Below are positions 38,822-48,187 of a stretch of DNA of 64,000 nt, piece by piece. The stretch comes from Lachnospiraceae bacterium UBA7086 (GTDB lineage Bacteria; Bacillota; Clostridia; Lachnospirales; Lachnospiraceae). The DNA is taken from NCBI GenBank assembly GCA_002492525.1, contig DKZA01000010.1, positions 21,715 through 85,714 on the forward strand, written 5' to 3'. The notes under the pieces are model-generated. The model made no database searches. It saw only the letters and a program-made list of their open reading frames with translations, and had not been told where the DNA came from. The translations under genes and the position numbers were made by a program. Position 1 is the first letter of the stretch. Each line of letters starts with the position of its first letter.

Positions 38822-39039
38822 ATGTTCTCCCTTCCTGTGTGGCGCAGAGAAAGGCAAACACATGTGATGGTCTGTTTCCCTGCTTCATATAATTGTGTGA
38901 ATGTAAGCAAGGATTCTAAAACAGATAAAATATCGTATGCCGATATTTCAAAGAAAATAGAATAAACGAAATTCCGTTAGAATATCAATGCTGTAATCAA
39001 ATCATAGCAGAGGGATGATAAAATGTCAAGGGGATTTAT

Positions 39040-39096
39040 CAAAAAAAGTAATCCAAAATAGAAAACGAAATGAAAAAGGGAGGATTACTTTTTTTG
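39040..39096 (-). terminator. 15-bp inverted repeat, likely terminator of the lnpA operon
   Basis: CAAAAAAAGTAATCC...GGATTACTTTTTTTG. Confidence 0.65.
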
Positions 39097-39106
39097 GTAA
39101 AGTCAA

Positions 39107-40315
39107 CTATGCAAATTGTATGCTTTCATTTAAAGCGGAAAATACCACATTTCGGATACGTCTGGTGTAGGCGGTGGTGCCGGTATCAGTTTTTTGAAGC
39201 ATGATCAGAAGAATCATGTCATCCACAGGGTCAATGGTCATATAAGTACCCATCCATCCGTCCCAACCGAATTCACCGGCCCGGCTTAAGGAGATGGCGG
39301 CACCAGGATCTGTCATGATCCGTATCAGGTTGGCATAGCTGCATCCGGACAGGCTTTCCCACTGCCGGACGTAAGGGTTCAGTGCCGGGGCAAGATGAGC
39401 GTGCGTCATGAAGTCAACGGTCCGCGGGGAGAGGAGCGTGTGATTATCAAAACTTCCTCTATGCAGAAGCATCTGCGCGAAATGGGCATAATCGTCTATG
39501 GTAGAAACGAGACCTGCCCCGCCTGATTCAAAGGCAGGAGGTGTTTTCATATCGTTTGAAATTCCAAGATGAGGAAAATGAAATTCTTCCAGTCCTTTTC
39601 CGGTGTCCTGATAAGCCTTAGAGAGACGAGACTGTTTTTCCGCCGGCACATAAAAATCCGTATCATTCATGCCAAGCGGCTCAAAAATACGCTGTCTTAA
39701 GAAGTCCCCAAAACGCATACCGGATACAATTTCAACGATGGCGCCAAGAACATCGGCAGACATGCCATACTGCCATTTTTCACCAGGATGAAAAGCCAGA
39801 GGAATCTTTCCAAGACGATTCATGATCTCACAGGTAGTCAGAGCCTGGGGAGAAGAGAGCTTTGTGATGACTTCGTCCATGAGCAGATCGGTATGGATTT
39901 CGGAAGTACAACCTTCTCCCGGGTAGGTCAGTCCGGAAGTCATATTCAGCAGATCCTGTATTATGACAGGGCGTTTTACAGGAGTAAGGATTCCGTTTGA
40001 CATTACTTTCTGATTGCAGAATCCTGGCAGATAATCAGAGACCGGATCATACAGGTCGATTCGTCCCTCTTCCAGAAGAAACATGACAGCCGCAGCGGTA
40101 ATAGGCTTGGTCATGGAATAGAGACGGAAGATGGTATCCCTTGTTATAGGAAGCCGTGCTGTGAGGTCACGCATACCGGCTTCATAGTAGCATTGTTCTT
40201 TTCCATCCTGTATAACCAGACAGTTGACACCGGAGACATAGCCGGTGTCTGTCATTTCCAGTAAAAGTTCCGACAGGCGGGATAATCTTTGTTGGTTCAT
40301 GAGTATTCTCTCCAT
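39107..40315 (-). CDS. Serine hydrolase, beta-lactamase class C / esterase family VIII-like
   Basis: FRLYSMTK (SxxK), PGEKWQYG, GGAGLVST, FGWDG. Confidence 0.9.
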   Translation of the reverse strand: MERILMNQQRLSRLSELLLEMTDTGYVSGVNCLVIQDGKEQCYYEAGMRDLTARLPITRDTIFRLYSMTKPITAAAVMFLLEEGRIDLYDPVSDYLPGFCNQKVMSNGILTPVKRPVIIQDLLNMTSGLTYPGEGCTSEIHTDLLMDEVITKLSSPQALTTCEIMNRLGKIPLAFHPGEKWQYGMSADVLGAIVEIVSGMRFGDFLRQRIFEPLGMNDTDFYVPAEKQSRLSKAYQDTGKGLEEFHFPHLGISNDMKTPPAFESGGAGLVSTIDDYAHFAQMLLHRGSFDNHTLLSPRTVDFMTHAHLAPALNPYVRQWESLSGCSYANLIRIMTDPGAAISLSRAGEFGWDGWMGTYMTIDPVDDMILLIMLQKTDTGTTAYTRRIRNVVFSALNESIQFA

Positions 40316-40364
40316 TCTGTTACCTGTTATTGATATCTACAGGTATATTATCAATGTAAGATGT

Positions 40365-41474
40365 TTAGTGTTTTGCAGCAGCGCACATGGCTTCCCACTT
40401 CTGTTCCATATCGGCCACCAGTTTAAACTGCGTGCGAGCCCGGTCAAGATTCTGGCCATCCCGGTGTATCTTAAAGTACACATCCCCATCCAGATAGTCC
40501 GCCAGGAAACGGATGCCGCACTCATAGGTCATCAGTTTGGCACCCATGGGAAGCAGTTCGATTTCTTTTTCAGAAAGGCTTCCCTGACAGCCCTCCAGGA
40601 AGCCTTTTGTGAACGTTTCGTAAAGGGCAAGATTCAGTTCTATTTTACTTAAATCCTGTTCGTCCTCCGCTCCGGTGCTTGCCCCTGTGCGGATGGAATC
40701 ACCAAAATCATAGTGGCTGAGGCCGGGCATTACCGTATCCAGATCAATGATGCAGAGCGGCTTTTTCGTGGTGCGGTCAAAAAGGATATTGTTGATCTTG
40801 GTGTCGTTGTGGGTCACCCGGAGGGGGAGTTCTCCCCGGGCGGCCAGATCCGTCAGCACACGGGTATCGCTTTCTTTGGACAGCGCAAAATCTATTTCTT
40901 CCCGGACAAGACGGGCGCGTCCCAGGGCATCTCTTTTCACTGCCTTACGAAAATCTTCAAAACGGGAGGGCGTATTGTGGAAATTAGGTATGGTTTCATG
41001 CAGGGTGTGGGCCGGATAGTCGGCTAACATCTGCTGGAAGGTGCCGAGAGCCACGGCACTGTCATAAAATTCCCGGGGATCTTCCACCTGTTCCAGACAA
41101 ATGGTATCGTCGATAAACAGGAACATACGCCAGTAATTGCAGGCGCTGTCTTTGTAACAGAGGCTGTCGTCTGCGGTCCGTATCACATTCAGGGTTTCCC
41201 GGTCGGGATTCCCGCCCCGGCGGATGATTATCTGCCTCAGGTAGGAGGTTACACGGGATATGTTTTCCATGAGTGCCTGGGGATTTTTAAAAACGCTATG
41301 ATTCATCCGTTGCAAAATATATTTCTGGACACCGCCTGGAGTGTCATAGGTCAGCAGGAAGGTGTCGTTGATATGACCGTTCCCGTAGGGTTCCTTGCAG
41401 GTCAACGTACCGTTTATGGCATAGGCGTCGATTACTTCGTGAATCTTTTCACAGACAGAATTCTCGGTCATCAT
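40365..41474 (-). CDS. N-acetylhexosamine 1-kinase-like (APH superfamily)
   Basis: GNGHINDTF, THNDTKINN, IDLDT, YDFGDSIR; coupled to GH112 gene. Confidence 0.8.
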   Translation of the reverse strand: MMTENSVCEKIHEVIDAYAINGTLTCKEPYGNGHINDTFLLTYDTPGGVQKYILQRMNHSVFKNPQALMENISRVTSYLRQIIIRRGGNPDRETLNVIRTADDSLCYKDSACNYWRMFLFIDDTICLEQVEDPREFYDSAVALGTFQQMLADYPAHTLHETIPNFHNTPSRFEDFRKAVKRDALGRARLVREEIDFALSKESDTRVLTDLAARGELPLRVTHNDTKINNILFDRTTKKPLCIIDLDTVMPGLSHYDFGDSIRTGASTGAEDEQDLSKIELNLALYETFTKGFLEGCQGSLSEKEIELLPMGAKLMTYECGIRFLADYLDGDVYFKIHRDGQNLDRARTQFKLVADMEQKWEAMCAAAKH

Positions 41475-43642
41475 AGTTCCTCCTTATAGTTGATCCATCG
41501 CATTTCCATGGGGGCCAGGGTAAGCTGCATTTTGAGGGTGCCGTCCAGATACAGATCGGTACTGCGCGCCTCTTTGGTGTTGTTGATTATGGCGATTTTA
41601 CCGGTCTTTTCAAACACGGCAATTTCGGTTTCGGGATTGGTGACGTAGTACTTTTTCATCTCATCTTCCCGATGCGCGGCATAATAGATGGCGCGAAGAA
41701 GGATACGGCAGTTCTGGGGAGAGTAGGGCAGTCCCGTAAAGTAGACGCTGCGTCCGGCTCCATACTCGTTTACCACAAGCCGGCTGTATTTGCCGTCCAT
41801 GTTCAGAATCTGATAGTGTTCTCCCTGGGCGTAGATACGGCTCTTGCCTTCGCCAAAATCAATATCTGTCGATACATCCTCCAGGATAAAATGCGAGGGA
41901 TTAAGGGTGTTATATTTGTCTGTACTCATGGAAAAGCCCAGTTCTCTGTCCACACCCAACACATCGCTTAACTGGAAGAAGCGTCCCTGATACTGACAGG
42001 CTGTGGGTTCGCCCACGCCGATGAAACCGCCGCCCTGATCCACAAAGCGTCGCAGAGCGCAGACCAGATCAGGATCTTTCCAGTTATCGCCGCCGCTGAA
42101 AGCCGTGTAGGCATCGCCGGCATTGATGATCACCTTAATGGCCGGATCAAGCCCTGCCTTTACCTGTTCAAAGGTAATAAATTCCACGTCTATGGGCATA
42201 CCGCTTAAGGCTTCGATGACGCCCACGTAGGAATAGATTTCCCGGTACCAGAGAGCATGATGTACCTGATTGGCCATCCAGCGTCTGAGATTCCCCCAAC
42301 TGTTCAAGACGGCCACTTTGAAGGGCGCCGTGTAGGCATTTGTGCCGTTCATGTTAGCGTGAATCTGCCGAAATTCATCCACTACTTTGCCAATCTGGTC
42401 GATAAAGCCGGGCCACTTACTGGCAAGCTTCAGGTAACCGCCGTAGCCGATTCGGTCTACAGGAGAGCGCAGGATAGCGCGTCTTGCTTTTAACCAGTTA
42501 TCCTGGGCTTCCCCGATAGGGTCTCCTCCTTCGGTAAAGACATCCGGGAAAAAGTAGGGAAGAAGCCGTCCTTCGGTATAGCGGACACCCTGGATATCGG
42601 AAATCATGCGCAGGGTGACGCCGTCGCCTACGGAACCTACAACGGCATCTAAGCCGATATTGGCAAAATAGCGGCCGAAAGGCTCCGTGCCGATCCAGTG
42701 GTCTCCCAGAAACATCATGGCCTCTTTGCCGTAACTGTGCACGATGTCCACCAGCTCTTTGGCCAGCTTGCTGACCTCGATCTGCTGAAATTCTATGAAA
42801 TCCCGAAATTCCTTAGAAGGGATGCGGAAAATGGAATTGTGGTAGCCCTCGTCAACGATGTATTCCGGCCGGAAAGGGTAGCCGGCCCATTTTTCAAATT
42901 GTTCCAGAATATAGGGACTCACGCTGGCACTGTAGCCAAACCATTCCACAAACTTCTCCCGTTTCTGGTCATCAAAGGTCAGTGTAAACTGATGGAAAAA
43001 GGTAGTAAAGCGCACCACGTCCACCTGAGGATTGGCCTCACACCATCTCTTAAGTTTCTCTTTGACATAGGCCTGCGTCTTAGGCTGCCGTACATCGTAA
43101 GTAAGCTGATGGGGAGCGTCTTTCCAGTCATTGGTGATAAAATTGTACATGTGAACCGGATCCCAGATCAGGAAAGCTAAGAAGCTGACCGTATACTGAT
43201 GATAGGGGACGGAGTCGATGACGACTTCTCCGGAAGATTCCTCATAACGCCAGTGATCAGGAGAAACGATTTCGCCGGTAGTCCTGTCGATGACTTCCCA
43301 CCATCGGCGGGGAGAGTCGATGGTGTTTACCTTAAGCTGTTCCGTGTGAAATCCTTTCATCAGTTCAATCCGCAGACTGTCACCTTTGGCGGTCACGCGG
43401 TCACTGATCAAATACTCCTGCTGGATTTCTTCCGGATGCTGCATGGCCCAGTCATTGTCTTTTCTGGTGGTGTAGTAAGTGGCATAGATTTTGGCATCCT
43501 GAGACAGAAGTTCCTTTGGCATATCGGTTCCGTCACAGTCTCTTAAAGCATCAGCCCCCAGAAGTTCTTTCAGGCGTATGGTTTCTTCCACCATATCTAC
43601 ATCTGTGGGCAGGGTCAATCGTCCGGTACTGGCCTGGTTCAT
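41471..43642 (-). CDS. gnpA: 1,3-beta-galactosyl-N-acetylhexosamine phosphorylase (GH112)
   Basis: GRLTLPTD, GADALRDCDGT, WDPVHMYN, RFTTFFHQF, FLGDHWIGTEP, GYGGYL; ATG 43642 after AGGAGG. Confidence 0.95.
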   Translation of the reverse strand: MNQASTGRLTLPTDVDMVEETIRLKELLGADALRDCDGTDMPKELLSQDAKIYATYYTTRKDNDWAMQHPEEIQQEYLISDRVTAKGDSLRIELMKGFHTEQLKVNTIDSPRRWWEVIDRTTGEIVSPDHWRYEESSGEVVIDSVPYHQYTVSFLAFLIWDPVHMYNFITNDWKDAPHQLTYDVRQPKTQAYVKEKLKRWCEANPQVDVVRFTTFFHQFTLTFDDQKREKFVEWFGYSASVSPYILEQFEKWAGYPFRPEYIVDEGYHNSIFRIPSKEFRDFIEFQQIEVSKLAKELVDIVHSYGKEAMMFLGDHWIGTEPFGRYFANIGLDAVVGSVGDGVTLRMISDIQGVRYTEGRLLPYFFPDVFTEGGDPIGEAQDNWLKARRAILRSPVDRIGYGGYLKLASKWPGFIDQIGKVVDEFRQIHANMNGTNAYTAPFKVAVLNSWGNLRRWMANQVHHALWYREIYSYVGVIEALSGMPIDVEFITFEQVKAGLDPAIKVIINAGDAYTAFSGGDNWKDPDLVCALRRFVDQGGGFIGVGEPTACQYQGRFFQLSDVLGVDRELGFSMSTDKYNTLNPSHFILEDVSTDIDFGEGKSRIYAQGEHYQILNMDGKYSRLVVNEYGAGRSVYFTGLPYSPQNCRILLRAIYYAAHREDEMKKYYVTNPETEIAVFEKTGKIAIINNTKEARSTDLYLDGTLKMQLTLAPMEMRWINYKEEL

Positions 43643-43762
43643 AGGGATTCCTCCTTTTTGCAATTGCCTGTATTACCTTAAATATAGCATAAAAGAATCC
43701 GCCGGACAATCGGAAACTACTACGCCAGGGAGGGCTGGAAAGGGCATATAGGGACATAAAGA

Positions 43763-43805
43763 GAGCCGCTCCCCATAACTGAAAATCAGTTATAGAGGGC
43801 GGCTC
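43763..43805 (-). terminator. Long hairpin terminator after the 43823-44557 gene
   Basis: GAGCCGCTCCCCATAACTGA-AAA-TCAGTTATAGAGGGCGGCTC. Confidence 0.75.
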
Positions 43806-43822
43806 CATAATATGTCGATGCT

Positions 43823-44557
43823 TTAAACACTGAAATCGAAATGCCCGCCAGGCATCGGAATACTGGTCTGTTCTTTGATCTCATCCCAGTTGACGCCTGT
43901 GATTTTCTGAAGCAGTTCTTCCGTGCTGTCTGCGTAGACAGTGGTGCGTTTGCTGTGTTCGTAATTATATTTGTCCTGTCCCTTATCAGCGGCTTTCTCC
44001 GCAGCTTCTTTTGCAGCCTCTTTCTTATCCTCACGGATTTTATCTACGAATTCTTTCTGACGCTCGCCGGCTTTTTCCAGTTCAGCGAAATAGGAGACTT
44101 TGCCGTCTTTACCGATGGAGACGCCAAGGCTTACAACCTCGTCCTCTTTGCCGGTTTCTTTCAACTCTTCCTTGAGGGTATCAAGTTTGCCTACGGCTTC
44201 GTCTAACAGTGCCAGATTCTGCTTCTTGACTTCTTCATCTTCAGCCATACGCTCTAACTCTTCCGGATCGATCAGTACGCTGTAGTCTTTGGAGCCGCGG
44301 GAGAGATAGGATGCAGCTTCTTCCTCTGTTTCGTATTCGGCTACAAAGAAATCCATGTTGCCATACTGTTTCTTAAGATCTTGTAAAAGTGCTTTGGCCT
44401 TATCGCTCAGTTTCGGCATGTTTTTGTCTGCCTTTTGTGTTCCGTCAGTTTTCTTCGATGCGTCAGTCTTTGCAGCCTTATCTGTCTCTTTTTTATTCTG
44501 TACGTTGTTATTGAGATAATTGTTTTGGAATGTGTTATATCCCACTACTTTGTTCAT
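43823..44557 (-). CDS. DUF6033-like charged protein, probably in the flagellar (sigma-28) regulon
   Basis: Start at ATG 44557 (AAGGAGG RBS); SVLIDPEELERMAED motif; C-terminal GGHFDFSV. Confidence 0.7.
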   Translation of the reverse strand: MNKVVGYNTFQNNYLNNNVQNKKETDKAAKTDASKKTDGTQKADKNMPKLSDKAKALLQDLKKQYGNMDFFVAEYETEEEAASYLSRGSKDYSVLIDPEELERMAEDEEVKKQNLALLDEAVGKLDTLKEELKETGKEDEVVSLGVSIGKDGKVSYFAELEKAGERQKEFVDKIREDKKEAAKEAAEKAADKGQDKYNYEHSKRTTVYADSTEELLQKITGVNWDEIKEQTSIPMPGGHFDFSV

Positions 44558-44631
44558 ATCTGTGCCCTCCTTAGCATAATCTGTAAATCCGTTTACGGAA
44601 AGTGGATGTAAATGCCCACCTGTTATCTTAT

Positions 44632-44660
44632 ATATCGTAATTATGGTATTTTTTCTTAAC
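44632..44660 (-). promoter_or_regulatory. Sigma-28 (FliA/SigD)-type promoter
   Basis: TAAG-N15-TACGATAT on minus strand. Confidence 0.6.
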
Positions 44661-44778
44661 GGCTTTCCTTGGAAAAACAGAAAATTTATGGTGTGGGAAA
44701 GATTATTACGACATAAAAGAGTGACGGATTGATTTATGTAAACCAAACCGTCACTCTCTATGATGATTTGCAGTAATT

Positions 44779-45021
44779 TCAGATATATTCCCGCAAATTC
44801 ACAAAATTGCAAAAAGGAAGAGCATCTTTGGTATAACCGTTGGTGCGAATTTCGATATTTCGATTTTGTTCCTTTTCACATGCCTCATCCAATACCTCGG
44901 AGAAAAATTTCCTCGCAATAGTTTTGGACGGGTTCTGCTTGGACTGGTGATTTTTATTCTTTTTCAGCGGACTAATCGCCATAACCGCTTCAATTTTATA
45001 ATTCCTCTCATTTGCATAGAT
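44779..45021 (-). CDS. Small hypothetical protein; start uncertain (ATG 44982 or non-canonical ATC 45021)
   Basis: Frame stays open upstream of ATG 44982 to the AAGGAGG at 45038-45032; sigma-28 promoter upstream. Confidence 0.55.
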   Translation of the reverse strand: MYANERNYKIEAVMAISPLKKNKNHQSKQNPSKTIARKFFSEVLDEACEKEQNRNIEIRTNGYTKDALPFCNFVNLREYI

Positions 45022-45120
45022 TGCGGTGATCCCTCCTTGGATTCAGATTTGCGCTTTTCCATTTTACTATGGTATTTCAGTATTTAGAAAATGCACAGCG
45101 AACTCCTTGTTCTGATATTA

Positions 45121-45148
45121 ATATCGGCAAGAATCACATTTTCTTAAC
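45121..45148 (-). promoter_or_regulatory. Sigma-28 (FliA/SigD)-type promoter
   Basis: GTTAAG-N14-GCCGATAT on minus strand. Confidence 0.7.
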
Positions 45149-45280
45149 CTTATTTTAGCAGACTTTTGTAATAAATGAAATAAGAAAACTTAAAAATACA
45201 ATAAAAATACAAAGTTATCAGACAATTGATTTGTAATATCATTAATGATGGTCAAGTCCGAATCCTATATCACAAAAAAA

Positions 45281-45332
45281 GGTTGACAATTGCCTACCAA
45301 CAGACTATATTAAAGGTAGGCAATTGCCAACC
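45281..45332. promoter_or_regulatory. Two 18-bp palindromic operators overlapping the promoter of the BlaI-like gene
   Basis: GGTTGACAATTGCCTACC (45281-45298) and GGTAGGCAATTGCCAACC (45315-45332); TTGACA-N17-TATATT. Confidence 0.85.
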
Positions 45333-45404
45333 TATATGCATGACAGATGGAAAGAGCATGACCGTACAGGTATAAGAGAACGAAAAAGAGAAAGGGAAGG
45401 AAGC

Positions 45405-45806
45405 ATGGAAAAATGGGTAAAATTATCGGAAGCGGAGTGGAAGGTTATGAGTTTATTGTGGGAAAAAGCCCCGCAGACGATGATGCAGCTGACCAGCCAT
45501 TTTAAGAATACGACCGGATGGACGAAGCATACGGTCATGAGCTTTTTAAAGAGGATGGAGGAAAAGGGAGCCGTTTACTATGAAGAAGGCGGCCGGGCTA
45601 AACTTTACTATCCTAAAATTGAGCGGAAGGAAGCGGTTTTGCAGGAGACGGAAGATTTTTTAGACAAAGTTTTTGACGGCAGAATGGGGTTGATGCTCAA
45701 CACCATGGTGGAACAGCAGGCGTTGTCCAAAGAGGAGCTTGCAGAACTGTATGAGATCTTAAGAAAGGCGGAAGAGCGAAGCGGGGAAGGAGGAGATTCC
45801 TTATGA
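45405..45806 (+). CDS. BlaI/MecI/CopY family repressor
   Basis: LSEAEWKVMSLLW, WTKHTVMSFLKRMEEKG, FLDKVFDG. Confidence 0.93.
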   Translation: MEKWVKLSEAEWKVMSLLWEKAPQTMMQLTSHFKNTTGWTKHTVMSFLKRMEEKGAVYYEEGGRAKLYYPKIERKEAVLQETEDFLDKVFDGRMGLMLNTMVEQQALSKEELAELYEILRKAEERSGEGGDSL

Positions 45807-48043
45807 TCGAGATGATGGTGACTTCTTCGGTGCTCATTCTGGCCATCCTTCTACTGCGCAAGGTGACACAGGGCAGAATCAGCATGAGATTTCGTTATGC
45901 CTTGTGGCTGGCGGTGGCTCTGCGGCTTATACTGCCCATATCTATAGGAAGCAGTGTGTTAAGTGTGATGAATCTGGTACCGCTAGGGCTTGGGGAGAGA
46001 TTGGTGCAAGGCCGGGTATCGGAACAGGAGACAGAGTTTTATTTGATGGAAGAGACGGAGATAAAAGAAGCGGATGAGGCTGTTTCCGGGGCGCAGGCTG
46101 ATCTGAAAACCGGGAAGCCGGTGACGCCCCCCAAAGCGGAGACGGGTGCTTCCGGAGAGCAAAGGAATCCTGGTGCGGACAGTCCCACATTTTCTGCTGA
46201 CAGCGTTTATCCGGATGGGGAAAATCTGAAATGGGGATTAAATAGTCCGGGAACCCGAAAGAGCCTGTTACTTTTGTGGCTGTTAGGAACTGTTTTGGCG
46301 GGCGGTTACATGGGAATCAGTCAGATTCGCTTTGTGCGGATTCTGTATCGCCGGCGCGATATGGTCAGTCAGGAAAAAATCTCCCCGATACTGATGGAAA
46401 AATTGCAAAAGCGCGGGATAAAAGTATATCAGGTGAAAGGTCTGGCAAGTCCCTGCCTGGTAGGAAAAAATATTTATATTGATACAAAGCTGGCAGAAGA
46501 AGAAAAGAAGCTTTCCCATATTCTGGCACATGAATATTGCCATGCGCTGCAGCAGGATACATGGTGGGCCTTTCTGCGGAGTGCACTGGCGGCTCTCTAT
46601 TGGTTCCATCCGTTGGTATGGGTGGCGGCGTTTGCAGCGAGGCAGGACAGTGAACTGGCCTGCGATGAGGCAGTGATCAGATTATTGGGAGAGGAAGAAC
46701 GGTTTGCCTATGGGAGAACTCTTGTATACCTGCTCTCCTGCGGCGCTGGACAGATTAACTGTGCGACAACTGCACTTACGATGGAAGGGCAAAAACGCGG
46801 GGTGAAGGAAAGAGTGACGATGCTTACGAAATCTACCGGCCAGAAAAAATGGACAGTGGCGGCAGTCATCGCAGCGATGTTCTTAGTCTGCGGCTGTGCT
46901 TTTACGGGAAGTGTCCCAAATGCCGATGAAGTACAGAAACAGGCAGACGGGCAGACGGCAAAGGTCGAAGGCGTGCAGGAGACTGTGCTGGGGCAGGCGG
47001 ACAGGCAGCAGGTGGTAGAGGAATCCAATGAGGAATTTGAACGTATTCGGAAAGACTATCAGGCCTATGAGGAGGCGCTTGACGGGCAGGCGCAGGCATT
47101 GCGGGAAGCAGAACAGGAAGCGGCTTTCTTCCAGGTCCTCAATTATCAGGGCGTCATGGCGGGAAAGGATGACGGAGAACTGGCTTTAGACCGAAGGATA
47201 GATTATCAGGCAGTCTATGAATATCTGTATGATGATCAGCAGAAGGAACAGCAGAATGAGAAGGATGAGCAACCGGGCAGTCCGCCGGAAAACGGCTGGT
47301 ATCTGATCTGCCGAAACGAGGAAGCGCAGATTTCTCTTTATGGACTCTACACGGAAGAGTTTGGATTTCGCGGTATTAAGACCTTGATCGGAGAAGATGT
47401 GAACACCTATGATATAGCTTGGTGTCCCAGTGCCATGAATGAGAAGGAAGATAATATCAGAGTGTTGGAGTTAGCAGCAGACAATCTTCCCAGGAGATTT
47501 GTCTGGAAGCTCCTTGCGGAGAATACGTCCGAGAGAGAAATCTGGAGTCTCTACAGCGGTTTTCGGTATGATACCGGTACGGTGCAGATAGAAGAACTGA
47601 CGGCCCGGGCGTATCGTGACTGGGTGGAGGAGAACCTTTCTTTTACCGTGAGCGAGTCACAGGATGCGGTGCTGATTACCTATGATGGGGATATGGTGCT
47701 TGCGCCGTTAGACATATCGGCTTATCAGGATCAGAAAGTGGAGAAAGTGATGCTCAGCCCTGATGTGGCAGGTTTTGAATTGGACAGCAGCTTTTACGAT
47801 GGAAACGTTTATGAGGGATATGAGGGCGTGGTGATGCATCTGGCGGTGGGACTTAAGCTGGAAGGAAGGCCGGAGGTATGGTTTGACGGTCTGCGGCCTC
47901 TGACCGTGCAGGTGCTGTGCCAGCCGCAGCAGGAGTCCGCGTTTGTGCTGCAGCAGCCAAGGATCGATGAGCAAGGTATGCTTCATTCTCCCTCACAGCA
48001 TCGGAAGCTGGAAGCAATCCGTTCCGGTGTCACTCCTGGCTAA
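45803..48043 (+). CDS. M56 (BlaR1/MecR1-like) membrane metallopeptidase sensor with unassigned extracellular domain
   Basis: RYALWL, HILAHEYCH (HExxH), WFHPLVW, DSELACDE, YGRTL. Confidence 0.9.
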   Translation: MIEMMVTSSVLILAILLLRKVTQGRISMRFRYALWLAVALRLILPISIGSSVLSVMNLVPLGLGERLVQGRVSEQETEFYLMEETEIKEADEAVSGAQADLKTGKPVTPPKAETGASGEQRNPGADSPTFSADSVYPDGENLKWGLNSPGTRKSLLLLWLLGTVLAGGYMGISQIRFVRILYRRRDMVSQEKISPILMEKLQKRGIKVYQVKGLASPCLVGKNIYIDTKLAEEEKKLSHILAHEYCHALQQDTWWAFLRSALAALYWFHPLVWVAAFAARQDSELACDEAVIRLLGEEERFAYGRTLVYLLSCGAGQINCATTALTMEGQKRGVKERVTMLTKSTGQKKWTVAAVIAAMFLVCGCAFTGSVPNADEVQKQADGQTAKVEGVQETVLGQADRQQVVEESNEEFERIRKDYQAYEEALDGQAQALREAEQEAAFFQVLNYQGVMAGKDDGELALDRRIDYQAVYEYLYDDQQKEQQNEKDEQPGSPPENGWYLICRNEEAQISLYGLYTEEFGFRGIKTLIGEDVNTYDIAWCPSAMNEKEDNIRVLELAADNLPRRFVWKLLAENTSEREIWSLYSGFRYDTGTVQIEELTARAYRDWVEENLSFTVSESQDAVLITYDGDMVLAPLDISAYQDQKVEKVMLSPDVAGFELDSSFYDGNVYEGYEGVVMHLAVGLKLEGRPEVWFDGLRPLTVQVLCQPQQESAFVLQQPRIDEQGMLHSPSQHRKLEAIRSGVTPG

Positions 48044-48187
48044 CGTGTGAAAAGTAACTGTTTTAAAAAGTTTTTGAAAGATACGCGATAAGATTCTTTC
48101 TTATTGCGTGTTTTTGTGTTATTATAATATAGGATTCTAATGTGCAGCCATACAAACAGAGAAGAAGACAGGGGATAAGGATATACA

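Noticed and set aside
39107-40315. Bona fide beta-lactamase resistance gene
   Set aside because: No signal peptide, esterase-like family and metabolic context; not adjacent to the BlaI/BlaR-like pair
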